From Synechocystis sp. PCC 6803 substr. PCC-P (GTDB lineage: Bacteria; Cyanobacteriota; Cyanobacteriia; Cyanobacteriales; Microcystaceae), in assembly GCF_000284455.1 (NCBI RefSeq), contig NC_017039.1, positions 1,650,001 to 1,682,000 of the forward strand: a DNA stretch of 32,000 nt, in the 5' to 3' direction. A program made the position numbers and the translations under genes. Shown here piece after piece: positions 11,334 through 23,071 of the stretch (positions are counted from its first letter, which is position 1; each line of letters begins with the position of its first letter). Under the pieces are notes generated by a model. It was not told where the DNA came from. It worked only from the letters and a program-made list of their open reading frames with translations, and made no database searches.

Positions 11334-12530
11334 TTAAGCAATTAAAGACTGATAAACTTCTAGGGTTTTACGGGCAGTGTTTTCCCAGGAAAAATCCTTA
11401 GACCTAGTTAAACTTTTTTGCCTTAAGTGATCCCGCCAATCCGTATCACTAACAATTTTTTCCAATGCTAACGCTAGAGCCTGGGTATCTTGGGGATCTA
11501 CTAATACACCACTGTCTCCCATCACTTCTGGCAAAGATCCAGCCCCAGCAGTAATTATCGGTAAACCAAAGTTCATTGCCTCCACCACTGGCAAGCCAAA
11601 ACCTTCATAAAAAGAAGGATAAACAAAAGCTGTCGCCCGTTGGTAAAATTCCCCTAGCCACTGGTTGGGCACATAGGCCAAACGATGAATCTGATCTTGA
11701 TAGGCAGAATTGGCGATCGCCGTGAGAATGGGTTCATATTTCCAGCCCAATTGACCGATGAGCACTAACTGGTGGTGGGCCTTAGTGACTTGTTTGAATA
11801 AATTAAAGGCTTCGATCAAGCCAACCACATTTTTTCGGGGTTCCAGAGTGCTGACAAAAAGAAAATAGGGCACTGCAAAATTGTAGGGAATGGTGGCTAA
11901 CAATGACTCATTTATGAATTTATTTTTTGGAGAACTTGGCTCTGTGGATAACTGTGAACCCCGGTAACGACTAGCTTGGGGAGTAACAAAAATTCGTTCT
12001 AGGGGAAACTGGTAATATTCGTTAATTTCCCGTTTTGTACTCTCTGCAAAGGTTAAAATTCCCTGGGCAAAGGGCAAACAACGCAAAATTCTTTGGTGGT
12101 AACGTTGCACAATGGGCGGAACGAATTCGGGAAATTTGAGAAAAGTTAGATCGTGAATTGTTAATAAATTGATGGCTTTTTGGCTAGGAAAAATATAATG
12201 GTCAATGCCATGGATAAGATCCGGTTTGTCTAGACGCTTCTCCAATAAATTCAAAATGGGATTGGGAAAATTAACTAGGCGATCGCTCAGGGTAACTGGC
12301 AACGGCAAACAAGTACAATCGGTGAATTCGGCCAGATGATGTTTTTTTTGCCAATTTCCTTGGCACCAATCTTTTAAGCCAGGTTGATAATAAATTTGTA
12401 GAGAAAATTGCCCTTGAAATTGTTGGCTATGTTGTAGTTCATTAAGGGCTCGCAGCAGACTGAGATTATAAAAACCGATACCACTCAATTGGCCCCGTAT
12501 TGCTGTAGCATCCACACAAACTTTTAGCAT
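11334..12530 (-). CDS. Glycosyltransferase family 1 (possible mannosyltransferase)
   Basis: N-terminal MLKVCVDATAIRGQLSGIGFY, SRGSQL, FLFVSTLEPRKNVVGLIEAF, PSFYEGFGLPVVEAMNFGLPIITAGAGSLPEVMGDSG. Confidence 0.9.
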   Translation of the reverse strand: MLKVCVDATAIRGQLSGIGFYNLSLLRALNELQHSQQFQGQFSLQIYYQPGLKDWCQGNWQKKHHLAEFTDCTCLPLPVTLSDRLVNFPNPILNLLEKRLDKPDLIHGIDHYIFPSQKAINLLTIHDLTFLKFPEFVPPIVQRYHQRILRCLPFAQGILTFAESTKREINEYYQFPLERIFVTPQASRYRGSQLSTEPSSPKNKFINESLLATIPYNFAVPYFLFVSTLEPRKNVVGLIEAFNLFKQVTKAHHQLVLIGQLGWKYEPILTAIANSAYQDQIHRLAYVPNQWLGEFYQRATAFVYPSFYEGFGLPVVEAMNFGLPIITAGAGSLPEVMGDSGVLVDPQDTQALALALEKIVSDTDWRDHLRQKSLTRSKDFSWENTARKTLEVYQSLIA

Positions 12531-12581
12531 CACCAATTAATTTTGCTCACTGTTGATCAATACTTAGCAAATGTCAAAATT

Positions 12582-13718
12582 TTAAGCACAATCTTTTTCC
12601 AGGGGGAGGGTAAAGTAAATCTCTGCCCCCCTACTAACCGCAGTATTGAGACCAATTTGGCCACCGTGGGCCTCGACAATGAGCTTGCAAACGTATAGTC
12701 CTAAGCCCAGCCCAAGGGGATTGTTCTCCCGATCGCCGCGCTGATAACGTTCAAAAACTCGGTCAGCGATGGCCAGATCCACACCCACCCCATTATCTTT
12801 GACCCGACAGGTTAGGGTTTGGTCTATGGCGGTAACCGTAATGGTAATGCTCAACGGTTGGGGCCGGGGTAAAGGATTGTATTTCAGGCTATTGGCCAAT
12901 AAATTTTCCAGCACCCGCCAAATAAAGTTGGCATCTCCCATGATTGCGGGTAAATTTTCCCCCAGATTTAAATTAAGAGTTACTTCCTGCTCCCCCAACC
13001 CCAACGACCATTCCTCCGCAAAATCCCTCACTAGGGTGCCCAGATCAAGGCGTCGCAACACTAAGGGAACCCCCTGTTGTTCCCAATGCTGGCTTTCCAC
13101 CAGGGAATTGATCAAGGCTAATTGACGTTCACAACTGCGGGCCATCTGCTCTAGGGTTTGGCGGGGCAGGGAAAGTTCCGTTTGATCTGGATCGGCCCGT
13201 TTAAGGCAGTTATTGAGCACCATAGATAACCCCAACACAGGATTACGGAGATCGTGGGACACCACCCGTAGGGAAACCTCCAGGGATTGTTCCGCCCGCT
13301 TCCGTTCTTGGATTTCTGCTCGTAGTTGATGTTTTTGTTGTTGTAGTAGCAGTTGGTGTTCAATGCGGGCCAGCACTTCTTCCATTTGAAATGGCTTAGT
13401 GATGTAATCCGCTCCCCCCAGGTTAAAGGCTTTGACTTTATCAAGCACATTATCCAGGGCACTGATAAAGATAATTGGAATTTCTTGGGTGTGGGGATTG
13501 GACTTTAGCCGGGCACACATTTCATAGCCGTTCATGGTGGGCATGTTAACGTCTAGCAAAATCAAGTCCGGCGGGGACTGCTCAATACTTTTGAGGGCAA
13601 AATTAGCATTCAATGCTTTACGGATTCGGTAACCATGGGCGGACAAAAGGTTGGCCAGCAAACGTACATTGTCCGGGGTGTCATCGACGATAAAAAGGGT
13701 TTTACAGTCCGGGCCCAT
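12582..13718 (-). CDS. hik41: Receiver domain followed by histidine kinase (Hik41-type)
   Basis: REC (LFIVDDTPDNVR, LILLDVNMPTMNGYE), H-box SHDLRNPVLG, N-box NLLANSLKYN, G-box NPLGLGLGLYVCKLIVEAHGG. The symbol is from recall of sll1229. Confidence 0.85.
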   Translation of the reverse strand: MGPDCKTLFIVDDTPDNVRLLANLLSAHGYRIRKALNANFALKSIEQSPPDLILLDVNMPTMNGYEMCARLKSNPHTQEIPIIFISALDNVLDKVKAFNLGGADYITKPFQMEEVLARIEHQLLLQQQKHQLRAEIQERKRAEQSLEVSLRVVSHDLRNPVLGLSMVLNNCLKRADPDQTELSLPRQTLEQMARSCERQLALINSLVESQHWEQQGVPLVLRRLDLGTLVRDFAEEWSLGLGEQEVTLNLNLGENLPAIMGDANFIWRVLENLLANSLKYNPLPRPQPLSITITVTAIDQTLTCRVKDNGVGVDLAIADRVFERYQRGDRENNPLGLGLGLYVCKLIVEAHGGQIGLNTAVSRGAEIYFTLPLEKDCA

Positions 13719-13825
13719 GGCGATCGCCTGCGGGAATTGGTGGAGGGGGAAGAAAAGTTGAGTAAAAGTAGAAGTTGAACTGAATTTTCAACACCTGTTA
13801 GTACAGTTGGGAGCAATTAATTGGG

Positions 13826-15805
13826 TTACCCCGCTAGGGTCACCGCCCCAAAACTGGATTCAACCACTAGGAAAATCTGCTCAAAACGATATTCCCTGGC
13901 CCAGGTGGCCAATAGATGAGCTAAGGATGGGGACAAGGTCGGCAGGGACTCAACCAAGGTAATCAGGTCATCGTCATTGCATTCTAAAGCCATTTTTGCC
14001 ATCTTTTGTCGCCAGGACTGGGGAGTTTTAGCCAATTGTTCTGATAGGGACGGAGCCGTTATCACAGGAAATGGCCGGAGAGGGGAAGCCGGTGGTTGCC
14101 CCTGGGAAGGTAAAGCCACGGCCAGGTGTTTAGCCAGAAGGGCAATCAATTCTTCGGGGCGGAAGGGCTTACTTAAAAAGTCGTCACAGCCGGCGCTAAG
14201 AATTTCGGCCCGTTCCCCTTCAAAAGCACTGGCGGTGAGGGCAATAATGATCGTATGTTGACCTTGGGGGCTGGCTTTAATTTTTTGAGTAGTGCTCCGA
14301 CCATCCAGCACTGGCATTTGCATATCCATCAAAATTACCTGGGGATGCCAACTTTCCCACAGGGCGATCGCCATTTCTCCGTTTTCCGCTTCTTGGACAA
14401 CAAAGCCCAGACTAGTGAGTAATTGGCGCAGTAGTAACCGACTTTCCGGGCGATCGTCCACCACAAGAACTTTTTGATTGTACTGATCTAACGGCGGCAG
14501 GGTAACCGCTGAAGTTTCCGGGGTTGGCTTGGGGGCCGCCATCACCTGCACTGGAATGGCAAAAAAGAAAGCACTACCTTGATCGACCTTGCTCCTGACT
14601 TGAATTTGTCCCCCCATCAACTGAACAAATTTTTGGCTAATGGGCAGCCCTAAACCATTCCCCTGACAAGACTTAAGCCCCGTTTCTGTCTGGGCAAAGG
14701 GTACAAACAGTTCATCCATTTCATGGGCAGCAATGCCCGGCCCCGTATCCGACACTAAAAAATGAAGCCAGATGGATGCTCCTTGACCTTCATCAGTCTG
14801 GGGAGCGGTCAGGCATTTAACCTTGAGGGTGACACCGCCCTGGGCAGTAAACTTAATGGCATTGGCCAACAAATTAATCAACACCTGCCGCAATTTGCCC
14901 CCGTCAGTCTTAATCCATTCGGGCACCTCCGGCGATCGCTCCACTTTAAGGAGGAGTTGTTTTTCCTGAGCCCTTAGTTGGAAAAGAGCCTGGAGATTAT
15001 CCAACAAACGATGGCAATCAATGATTTTTTCATTGAGGGTGGTGCGCCCTGCCTCAATTTTGGACATTTCCAAAATGTCGTTAATTAGCTCTAATAAGTG
15101 CTCACCGCTCCGGTTGATGATATCTAAGGTGGGACGGTGGGGAGCCAAACTGGGATCCCGATGCAACAGTTGACTAAAGCCAATAATGGCGTTGAGGGGA
15201 GTGCGTAATTCATGGCTAATACTGGCCAAAAATTCCGTTTTAGCCCGATTGGCCGCATCCGCCGCTTCCTTAGCTTGGGTCAGGGTTGTCTCTGCTTGGT
15301 GCCGGGCCTGGGCGATCGCCAAAAATTGTCCCACCAGTTTGGCCAAGTTCAACTCCTCCGGGTTCCAACCATAGTTGTCGTGGAGATGAACCATGCTGAT
15401 GTAGCCCAACACCTGGGCATCCTTAACCATGGGCACCACTAGGATGGATTTCACCAGGTCAAATTGCAGGGAGACCTTATCCATCTCAGCTTCCGGCGGC
15501 ATTTGCTCCACATCCCTCACCAAAACGCCTTCACTATCCTGCAAATTGGCCCAGAGCCAAGGATAGGTGGCCACCGGTACTCCTTGAAAAGTTGATAACC
15601 GGGGGGCAATACCCACAGCACACCATTCTTCCGCCATGTGTAAACAGTCCTTGGCTGGGTCATGGTAAATCACATGGACCCGCTGACAGCCAAACAACAG
15701 CCCCAGTTGCTCTATGGCAAAACGCACCGCTGTGGCCCAGTCCTTTTCCAGCAAAGTTCTCGCAATTGCCCGCAGACAATCTTCCCGTTCCAACTTTTGC
15801 TCCAA
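13826..15805 (-). CDS. hik4: Hybrid histidine kinase: GAF, HisKA, HATPase, REC (Hik4-type)
   Basis: N-terminal GAF-like region; [18 protein letters not shown]; [10 protein letters not shown]; [18 protein letters not shown]; C-terminal [31 protein letters not shown]. The symbol is from recall of sll1228. Confidence 0.87.
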   Translation of the reverse strand: MEQKLEREDCLRAIARTLLEKDWATAVRFAIEQLGLLFGCQRVHVIYHDPAKDCLHMAEEWCAVGIAPRLSTFQGVPVATYPWLWANLQDSEGVLVRDVEQMPPEAEMDKVSLQFDLVKSILVVPMVKDAQVLGYISMVHLHDNYGWNPEELNLAKLVGQFLAIAQARHQAETTLTQAKEAADAANRAKTEFLASISHELRTPLNAIIGFSQLLHRDPSLAPHRPTLDIINRSGEHLLELINDILEMSKIEAGRTTLNEKIIDCHRLLDNLQALFQLRAQEKQLLLKVERSPEVPEWIKTDGGKLRQVLINLLANAIKFTAQGGVTLKVKCLTAPQTDEGQGASIWLHFLVSDTGPGIAAHEMDELFVPFAQTETGLKSCQGNGLGLPISQKFVQLMGGQIQVRSKVDQGSAFFFAIPVQVMAAPKPTPETSAVTLPPLDQYNQKVLVVDDRPESRLLLRQLLTSLGFVVQEAENGEMAIALWESWHPQVILMDMQMPVLDGRSTTQKIKASPQGQHTIIIALTASAFEGERAEILSAGCDDFLSKPFRPEELIALLAKHLAVALPSQGQPPASPLRPFPVITAPSLSEQLAKTPQSWRQKMAKMALECNDDDLITLVESLPTLSPSLAHLLATWAREYRFEQIFLVVESSFGAVTLAG

Positions 15806-15950
15806 AACCTCCCCCCGGCGATCGCCTATCCTCCTAGGATTTGACCCATCTCACCAGTTGGGGACAGCCCCAAAGTGATACCCTTAAAGATGGCAAATTT
15901 GACCAAAACTCAACAGTAATCCTGTAGTCTAACTATAAACAAATTCCTAG

Positions 15951-17411
<1,461 letters not shown>

Positions 17412-17558
17412 GTTAATAACCTGGGGTCTAGGTTAGGAAATAGTTAGGGGGAATAGCAGTGGTTTTCTAGGATGACCATTGCCTGTTATCCCCCTTCTTC
17501 CTGGCCGGCGATCGCCAGTTGTTTGTATAGAAACGCTATCAAAGGGAAATTCCTAAAA

Positions 17559-17969
17559 ATGACGTTAACAGTACGGGTAATCACACCGGATAAGGTAGTT
17601 TGGGATGAGGAAGTGCAGGAACTCATTCTCCCCAGCACCACCGGTCAACTGGGTATCCTCAGTAACCATGCTCCCCTGCTCACCGCTTTGGAAATTGGCG
17701 TGATGCGGGTGCGCCCAGGTAAAGACTGGCAGAATATTGCCGTCATGGGGGGTTTTGCCGAGGTAGAAAATAATGAAGTTAAGGTATTGGTCAACGGCGC
17801 TGAATTAGGCACCACCATTGATGCTGAATCGGCCCGCCAAGCCTACACCGCAGCCCAGGGGGCTTTGGAAGAGGCCAACCGGGGGGAAGATAAACCCAAC
17901 CAACTGAAAGCTTCTAACAATTACAAAAAAGCTCGGGCTCGCCTGCAAGCGGCCGGTGGAGCCGTCTAG
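17559..17969 (+). CDS. atpE: F0F1 ATP synthase subunit epsilon (atpE in cyanobacterial nomenclature); start at [12 protein letters not shown] rather than 17472
   Basis: [47 protein letters not shown], immediately downstream of atpB. Confidence 0.95.
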   Translation: MTLTVRVITPDKVVWDEEVQELILPSTTGQLGILSNHAPLLTALEIGVMRVRPGKDWQNIAVMGGFAEVENNEVKVLVNGAELGTTIDAESARQAYTAAQGALEEANRGEDKPNQLKASNNYKKARARLQAAGGAV

Positions 17970-18128
17970 TCGGGACGGTTGTCGTTGGTCAGCACCATGG
18001 CCCAACCCAGCTTGGTTAACCAAAGTCTTCCCGGTGTTAAGCACTGTTAGCATTGGGGAGGCTTTTGCCTTGGCACTAGTAACCGTTTTTGCTTCCGCCC
18101 CAGTCCCAGTGGCCCATGGGGACTAGGA

Positions 18129-19670
18129 ATGTCCGATCGCCTTGTTTGCCCTATGAAAAAACCTTGGAAAACTTCCCCAACAGTGGCTCCTAACGCTAAG
18201 CCCTGGCAACGATTCGTCCTGGTGGCCACCTTGGTGATGGCGATCGCCGTTTTTAGCAATGTTTATTTAACTCCAGCCATTGCCAGGGATCTGGAGAACC
18301 AACCCAAAACCCATGATCAGTTGACGTTTCCCCCCCTGCCGGAGATTAACCTGCCGGAATACGAACGTTACACTCTGCCCAACGGTTTGGTGGTTTATCT
18401 AATGCCTGACCGGAGACTGCCCCTGGTGTCGGGATCGGTGGTGATGCGGGCAGGATCCCGTTGGGAACCGGCGGATCAGGTGGGGCTAGCCCAGTTGACG
18501 GGCACCACCATGCGTTTGGGGGGAACAGAACAAAACTCCCCAGCCCAACTGAATAATTTATTGGAGCAAAAGGCCGCTGCCATTGAAACTAGCATTGGCA
18601 CCTCTTCCGGTTCTGCTAGTTTTTCCTCCTTGAGCAAGGACTTTGACCTAGTCTTTGACCTATTTGCCCAAGTTCTCCAAACCCCAGCCTTTGATGAAGC
18701 CCAGATTGCCCTGGCTAAAAACCAACTTCGAGGAGCCATTGCCCGGCGTAACGATGACCCTGGAGATATTGCCAGCCGGGAATTTAGTAAAATGCTTTAC
18801 GGCCCCACCAGCCCCTATGCCCGCACGGTGGAGTACCAAACCTTAGCCAATATCGACCGCCAGGCCATTATTGATTTTCATCGGCGCTACGTCCGTCCAG
18901 ACCAGATGATTTTAGGCATTGTGGGGGACTTTGACAGCGAAACCATCAAACAAACCATTGCGGAAAGGTTTGGTAATTGGCAAGGGTCGGGGACTGTTCC
19001 CCAGTTGACTCCCCCCAGCGCTAGCCAAGTTAACGACAGTGAAGTTTTTTTAGTTAATTTGCCCCACGTTACCCAAAGCAATGTTCTTTTGGGACAAATT
19101 GGCGGCATGGTGGACAGCCCGGATTACGCTGCCCTGTCGGTGATGAATGGGGTACTGGGGGGTTTTGCAGGCCGGTTGTTTAACAATATTCGCTCCACCC
19201 AGGGCTTGGCCTATAGCGTTTCCGGTAGTTGGCAGGCTGCCTATGATTATCCCGGTTACTTTCTGGCTGGGGGTCCTACCCGCACGGAAACCACGGTGCA
19301 ATTTCTCCAATCCCTGTTACAGGAGTTTGAAAAGTTACGCATCACTGAAGTAACCGCTGAGGAATTGGCCTATGCCAAAGATTCAATTTTAAATTCCTTT
19401 GTTTTTAATTTTGAAAGGCCGGGGCAAACCCTTTCCCGTTTGATGACCTACGAGTATTACGGTTATCCAGAGGATTTTATTTTCACTTACCAACAGGCGG
19501 TGATGGACACCACAGTGGAGGATGTGCAACGGGTAGCGGCTAAGTATCTCCAGCCCGAACAGATGATTGCGGTGATTGTGGGGCAAGGCGATCGCCTAAA
19601 GGATGAATTGGAAGCCCTAGACCGGCGGGTGCAAATGTTGGAAATTGCCATTCCCGAAGCTAGTAGTTAA
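18129..19670 (+). CDS. M16-family peptidase-like protein (probable non-catalytic subunit)
   Basis: M16 fold segments (YTLPNGLVVYLMPDRRLPLVSGSVVMRAGS, AKNQLRGAIARRNDDPGDIA, RVAAKYLQPEQMIAVIVGQGDRLK); the HxxEH site is replaced by QLTGT. Confidence 0.88.
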   Translation: MSDRLVCPMKKPWKTSPTVAPNAKPWQRFVLVATLVMAIAVFSNVYLTPAIARDLENQPKTHDQLTFPPLPEINLPEYERYTLPNGLVVYLMPDRRLPLVSGSVVMRAGSRWEPADQVGLAQLTGTTMRLGGTEQNSPAQLNNLLEQKAAAIETSIGTSSGSASFSSLSKDFDLVFDLFAQVLQTPAFDEAQIALAKNQLRGAIARRNDDPGDIASREFSKMLYGPTSPYARTVEYQTLANIDRQAIIDFHRRYVRPDQMILGIVGDFDSETIKQTIAERFGNWQGSGTVPQLTPPSASQVNDSEVFLVNLPHVTQSNVLLGQIGGMVDSPDYAALSVMNGVLGGFAGRLFNNIRSTQGLAYSVSGSWQAAYDYPGYFLAGGPTRTETTVQFLQSLLQEFEKLRITEVTAEELAYAKDSILNSFVFNFERPGQTLSRLMTYEYYGYPEDFIFTYQQAVMDTTVEDVQRVAAKYLQPEQMIAVIVGQGDRLKDELEALDRRVQMLEIAIPEASS

Positions 19671-19677
19671 TTGGGCC

Positions 19678-20892
19678 ATGGACCGCCAGGGGAAACAAAA
19701 AACGGCTCCAATAGAGGCTCTGGCTATGGGAGTGGTGGTCACTGGGCTAGCCCTGGACACTGCCTTGGGAGATCAATTACAAACTTGGACAAAGTTGTTA
19801 CAGGGAAAAACGGCCATCAAGCCCAAGCAACCTTTTATAAACTTGCCATCGTTCCCCTTGGCATTACAGGGAAATTATCCTCGTTCCCTGGGACAATTGG
19901 TTCCGCCCTTGGTGCAGGCCGCCATTGATGATGCCCAACTTGATCCCGCTGAACAACCCTGGGGAGTGGCGATCGGTTCTAGTCGGGCTAACCAATGCCA
20001 TTGGGAAGATTGGGTTGGGCGCAACATTAAGCCTCCGGTGGCCCCCAACTTTAAGCTTGTGGATTGGTGGCAGACTTTACCTGATCAGGCCGCCCGTTTA
20101 GCTGCCCAACTTCTACCGGAAGTAACGGTGATGCAATGCCCCATGGCCGCCTGTGCCACTGGGTTATGGGCGATCGCCCAGGGAGTGGAGTTAATTAGAA
20201 CAGGCCATTGCCAACGGGTGTTGGCCGGGGCAGTGGAAGCCCCCATTACACCGCTCACATTGGCTGGTTTTAGCAAAATGGCCACGCTAGCACCGGATGG
20301 ATGTTATCCCTTCGATCGCCAGCGCCAGGGTTTAGTGTTGGGGGAAGGGGGAGCTTTGTTAGTATTGGAAACCCGGGAATTAGCCCAGAAGAGAAAAGCC
20401 AGAATTTACGGTGAAATTTTGGGTTGGGGTTTTAGTTGTGATGCACTCCATCGTAGTACTCCTGCCTTTGATAACCACAGTGCCCAGCAAGCCGTGAAGC
20501 ATTGCCTCACCCGCAGTGGTTTAACCCCAGAGCAAATTGACTTGATTCATCCCCACGGCACTGGCACTCTTTTCAACGATCAACGGGAGGCCGCTTTAAT
20601 CCAAACTCTTTTTCCTCAAAATCCTCTCATTACTTCCAGCAAAGGGGCCACTGGCCATACCCTGGGCGCTTCCGGGGCGATCGCCGTAGCTTTGACTTTA
20701 TTAAGCCTTCATCAGCAAAAATTGCCCCCCTGTGTTGGTTTGAAAGAACCTGAATTTCCCCTCAACTTTGTCCGCATTGAATCAGTTCAGCCAGCAACTA
20801 GCCCTTTAAACTATGGTCTCTGCCTCAGTTTTGGCTTTGGCGGCCAGAATGGGGCGATCGCCGTGGGACACGCACCACTACCAACAAAATGA
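19678..20892 (+). CDS. Beta-ketoacyl-ACP synthase, FabF-like but divergent; start at MDRQGKQK
   Basis: MGVVVTGLALDTALG, CPMAACATG nucleophile region, HPHGTGT, KGATGHTLGASGAIAVA, LSFGFGGQNGAIAVG. Confidence 0.88.
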   Translation: MDRQGKQKTAPIEALAMGVVVTGLALDTALGDQLQTWTKLLQGKTAIKPKQPFINLPSFPLALQGNYPRSLGQLVPPLVQAAIDDAQLDPAEQPWGVAIGSSRANQCHWEDWVGRNIKPPVAPNFKLVDWWQTLPDQAARLAAQLLPEVTVMQCPMAACATGLWAIAQGVELIRTGHCQRVLAGAVEAPITPLTLAGFSKMATLAPDGCYPFDRQRQGLVLGEGGALLVLETRELAQKRKARIYGEILGWGFSCDALHRSTPAFDNHSAQQAVKHCLTRSGLTPEQIDLIHPHGTGTLFNDQREAALIQTLFPQNPLITSSKGATGHTLGASGAIAVALTLLSLHQQKLPPCVGLKEPEFPLNFVRIESVQPATSPLNYGLCLSFGFGGQNGAIAVGHAPLPTK

Positions 20893-21047
20893 ACCGGACG
20901 TCAAGTCTCGTTGACAAAAATTAACATTATGTTTACTATAAAAAACATAAGGCTATGGAAACCCGACAGAATTCCTTTGCATGAACTATTAAGGGCACGG
21001 GTTCTAGGGGTTTCGGTACCTTCCATTGACATTGAGTTCTCCTAGAT

Positions 21048-21077
21048 ATGCCCTCGGTGATGCCGGGGTATTTTTTT
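21048..21077 (+). terminator. Candidate Rho-independent terminator on the plus strand, in the gap between the ketosynthase gene and hoxH
   Basis: ATGCCCTCGG-TGATG-CCGGGGTAT-TTTTTT: imperfect GC-rich hairpin followed by a T tract. Confidence 0.6.
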
Positions 21078-21098
21078 GACCGTCTGAATGTTTTTTGT

Positions 21099-22523
21099 TT
21101 AATCCCGCTGGATGGACTTAATTAGTTCCCCCTGAGGGTTAACTAAATCGATCATCAATGGCATTTGTCCCGCTGCATGGGTAGAACAACTAAGGCAGGG
21201 ATCATAACAACGAATACCCGCTTCCACCCGGTTTAAAAACCCTTCTTGCACATCATGATTGCGAATGTAGTGTTTGGCAATTTGGGCCACGGTTTTATTC
21301 ATGGCTAAGTTATTGTTGCCCGTGGCAATGATCAAATTCACTTTCTTAATTAGACCATCTTCATCTATCTTGTAATGGTGGAATAAAGTACCCCGGGGTG
21401 CTTCGCTCACTCCCACCGCTTCGGTACAATTAATTTCTGCCTTAGCTCGACAATTTTTGGACAAAATATCAGGGTCAGCCATTAACAATTCGATGGCTTC
21501 TAAACAGGCAAGAATTTCCACCAAGCGGGCGTAATGATAAAAGAAAGAGGACGTGGCCACACCTCCAGCCCGTTGCCGATATTCTTCTAATTCTTGGTCT
21601 GCTTCCGGGGTGCCAATGTGATGACAAACATTAAGGCGGGCAAGGGGACCAACCCGATAAATGCCATCGGGATAACCCAGAGATTTGTAGTAGGGAAATT
21701 TTAAATAGGACCATTTTTCCACCGATTCACCAATAAAATCAGCGTAATTATCTTCACTGAGATTGTCCGCGACAATATTGCCTTCACTGTCGGTAAACCG
21801 CAGGGAGCCGCCATAATGTTCCCATTCATTATTTTTCCCAACTAAGCCCATAAATAGGGAGGGAAATTTGCCAAATTCTGCCACTTCTGTTTGGAAGCGG
21901 TCCAACATATTTTTAAACAAATTTAAGGCTAAATAAACGGTTTCTTTTGCTTCTGGTAAACGGTCCACAATCCATTGTCTGCCTTCTTCCGACAACGGCG
22001 ATCGGACTCCACCGGGCACTGACCAAGCAGAGTGGATTTTTTTAGCTCCCAAAAGTTCAATTACCGTTTGGCCAAATTGCCGTAACCGAATACCTGCCCT
22101 AGCTAAATCGGGGTCAGCAGCAATTAAACCAAACACATTGCGAGTAGCGGGATCACTGTCCCAACCAAGCAGAAAATCAGGACTGCTGAGATGGAAAAAA
22201 CTTAGGGCGTGGGATTGGGTAATTTGCCCTAAATTCATTAAACGGCGCAGTTTTTCCCCGGCTGGAGGGATTTGCACCGCCAGTAACTTATCCCCGGTTT
22301 TAGCCGCACAGAGCAGATGGCTAACCGGACAAATGCCGCAAATACGGGCGGTAATACCAGCCATTTCCCACATGGGACGACCTTCGCAAAATTTTTCAAA
22401 ACCCCGATACTCCACCACATGGAAACGAACATCATCTACGTTGCCCTGGTCGTTGAGGAAAATGGAGATTTTGGCATGGCCTTCAATCCGGGTAACGGGA
22501 TCGATAACAATGGTTTTAGACAT
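21099..22523 (-). CDS. hoxH: Bidirectional [NiFe]-hydrogenase large subunit HoxH
   Basis: [14 protein letters not shown] (N-terminal CxxC) and DPCLSCSTH (C-terminal CxxC) nickel ligands; genes for the partner subunits lie upstream on the same strand. Confidence 0.98.
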   Translation of the reverse strand: MSKTIVIDPVTRIEGHAKISIFLNDQGNVDDVRFHVVEYRGFEKFCEGRPMWEMAGITARICGICPVSHLLCAAKTGDKLLAVQIPPAGEKLRRLMNLGQITQSHALSFFHLSSPDFLLGWDSDPATRNVFGLIAADPDLARAGIRLRQFGQTVIELLGAKKIHSAWSVPGGVRSPLSEEGRQWIVDRLPEAKETVYLALNLFKNMLDRFQTEVAEFGKFPSLFMGLVGKNNEWEHYGGSLRFTDSEGNIVADNLSEDNYADFIGESVEKWSYLKFPYYKSLGYPDGIYRVGPLARLNVCHHIGTPEADQELEEYRQRAGGVATSSFFYHYARLVEILACLEAIELLMADPDILSKNCRAKAEINCTEAVGVSEAPRGTLFHHYKIDEDGLIKKVNLIIATGNNNLAMNKTVAQIAKHYIRNHDVQEGFLNRVEAGIRCYDPCLSCSTHAAGQMPLMIDLVNPQGELIKSIQRD

Positions 22524-22612
22524 GGGATTGATTATTGTTGATTTAGATATTTTTTGAGCAGTAAATATAGAAAGCCGGATCTTGTAATAAATATTCAGGA
22601 ATTTAAATCAAT

Positions 22613-23062
22613 CTAACTACTGTTAGCAATAACTAATTTTATTCTAGGGAAATTTTGTTGTACGGAATTGAACAGTTTTTTGTCACAGGTATAAAAATCT
22701 ATCTGCATTTTTTCTGCTAAAGCTAAATAATGGACATCATAGGCGGCTGACAATTGAAACTTTTCGGCGATCGCCAAAGCATCCTGGTGTAGTTCTGAGT
22801 TTGAATAAAGTTCAATGCCGAGATTAAAACTTTCTGTAAGAGCAATTTGGGCTTGAGTGTAGTTAATCTGATTGGTCTTGTTTAAACGCCACAAAACATT
22901 AGTCACCTCATAGTTGATTAGATCAGGAGCAACAATTTTAGTATTTGCGTTACACCATTTATTCCACATCTCAAGATAGATAGTTTCTTCATAATACCCA
23001 ACAAGAAGTCGGACAATAAAATTTGAGTCAATACAAATTGTGAAAGAAGTTTGGTTGGTCAT
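22613..23062 (-). CDS. PIN-domain protein, probable toxin
   Basis: FTICIDSNFIVRLLV N-terminus, YEVTNVLWRL, and C-terminal YDVHYLALAEKMQIDFYTCDKKLFNSV, the PIN acidic residue pattern. Confidence 0.85.
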   Translation of the reverse strand: MTNQTSFTICIDSNFIVRLLVGYYEETIYLEMWNKWCNANTKIVAPDLINYEVTNVLWRLNKTNQINYTQAQIALTESFNLGIELYSNSELHQDALAIAEKFQLSAAYDVHYLALAEKMQIDFYTCDKKLFNSVQQNFPRIKLVIANSS

Positions 23063-23071
23063 ACCTAAAAA

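Noticed and set aside
22138-22557. 139 aa plus-strand ORF opposite hoxH
   Set aside because: Antisense to hoxH; no recognisable motif.
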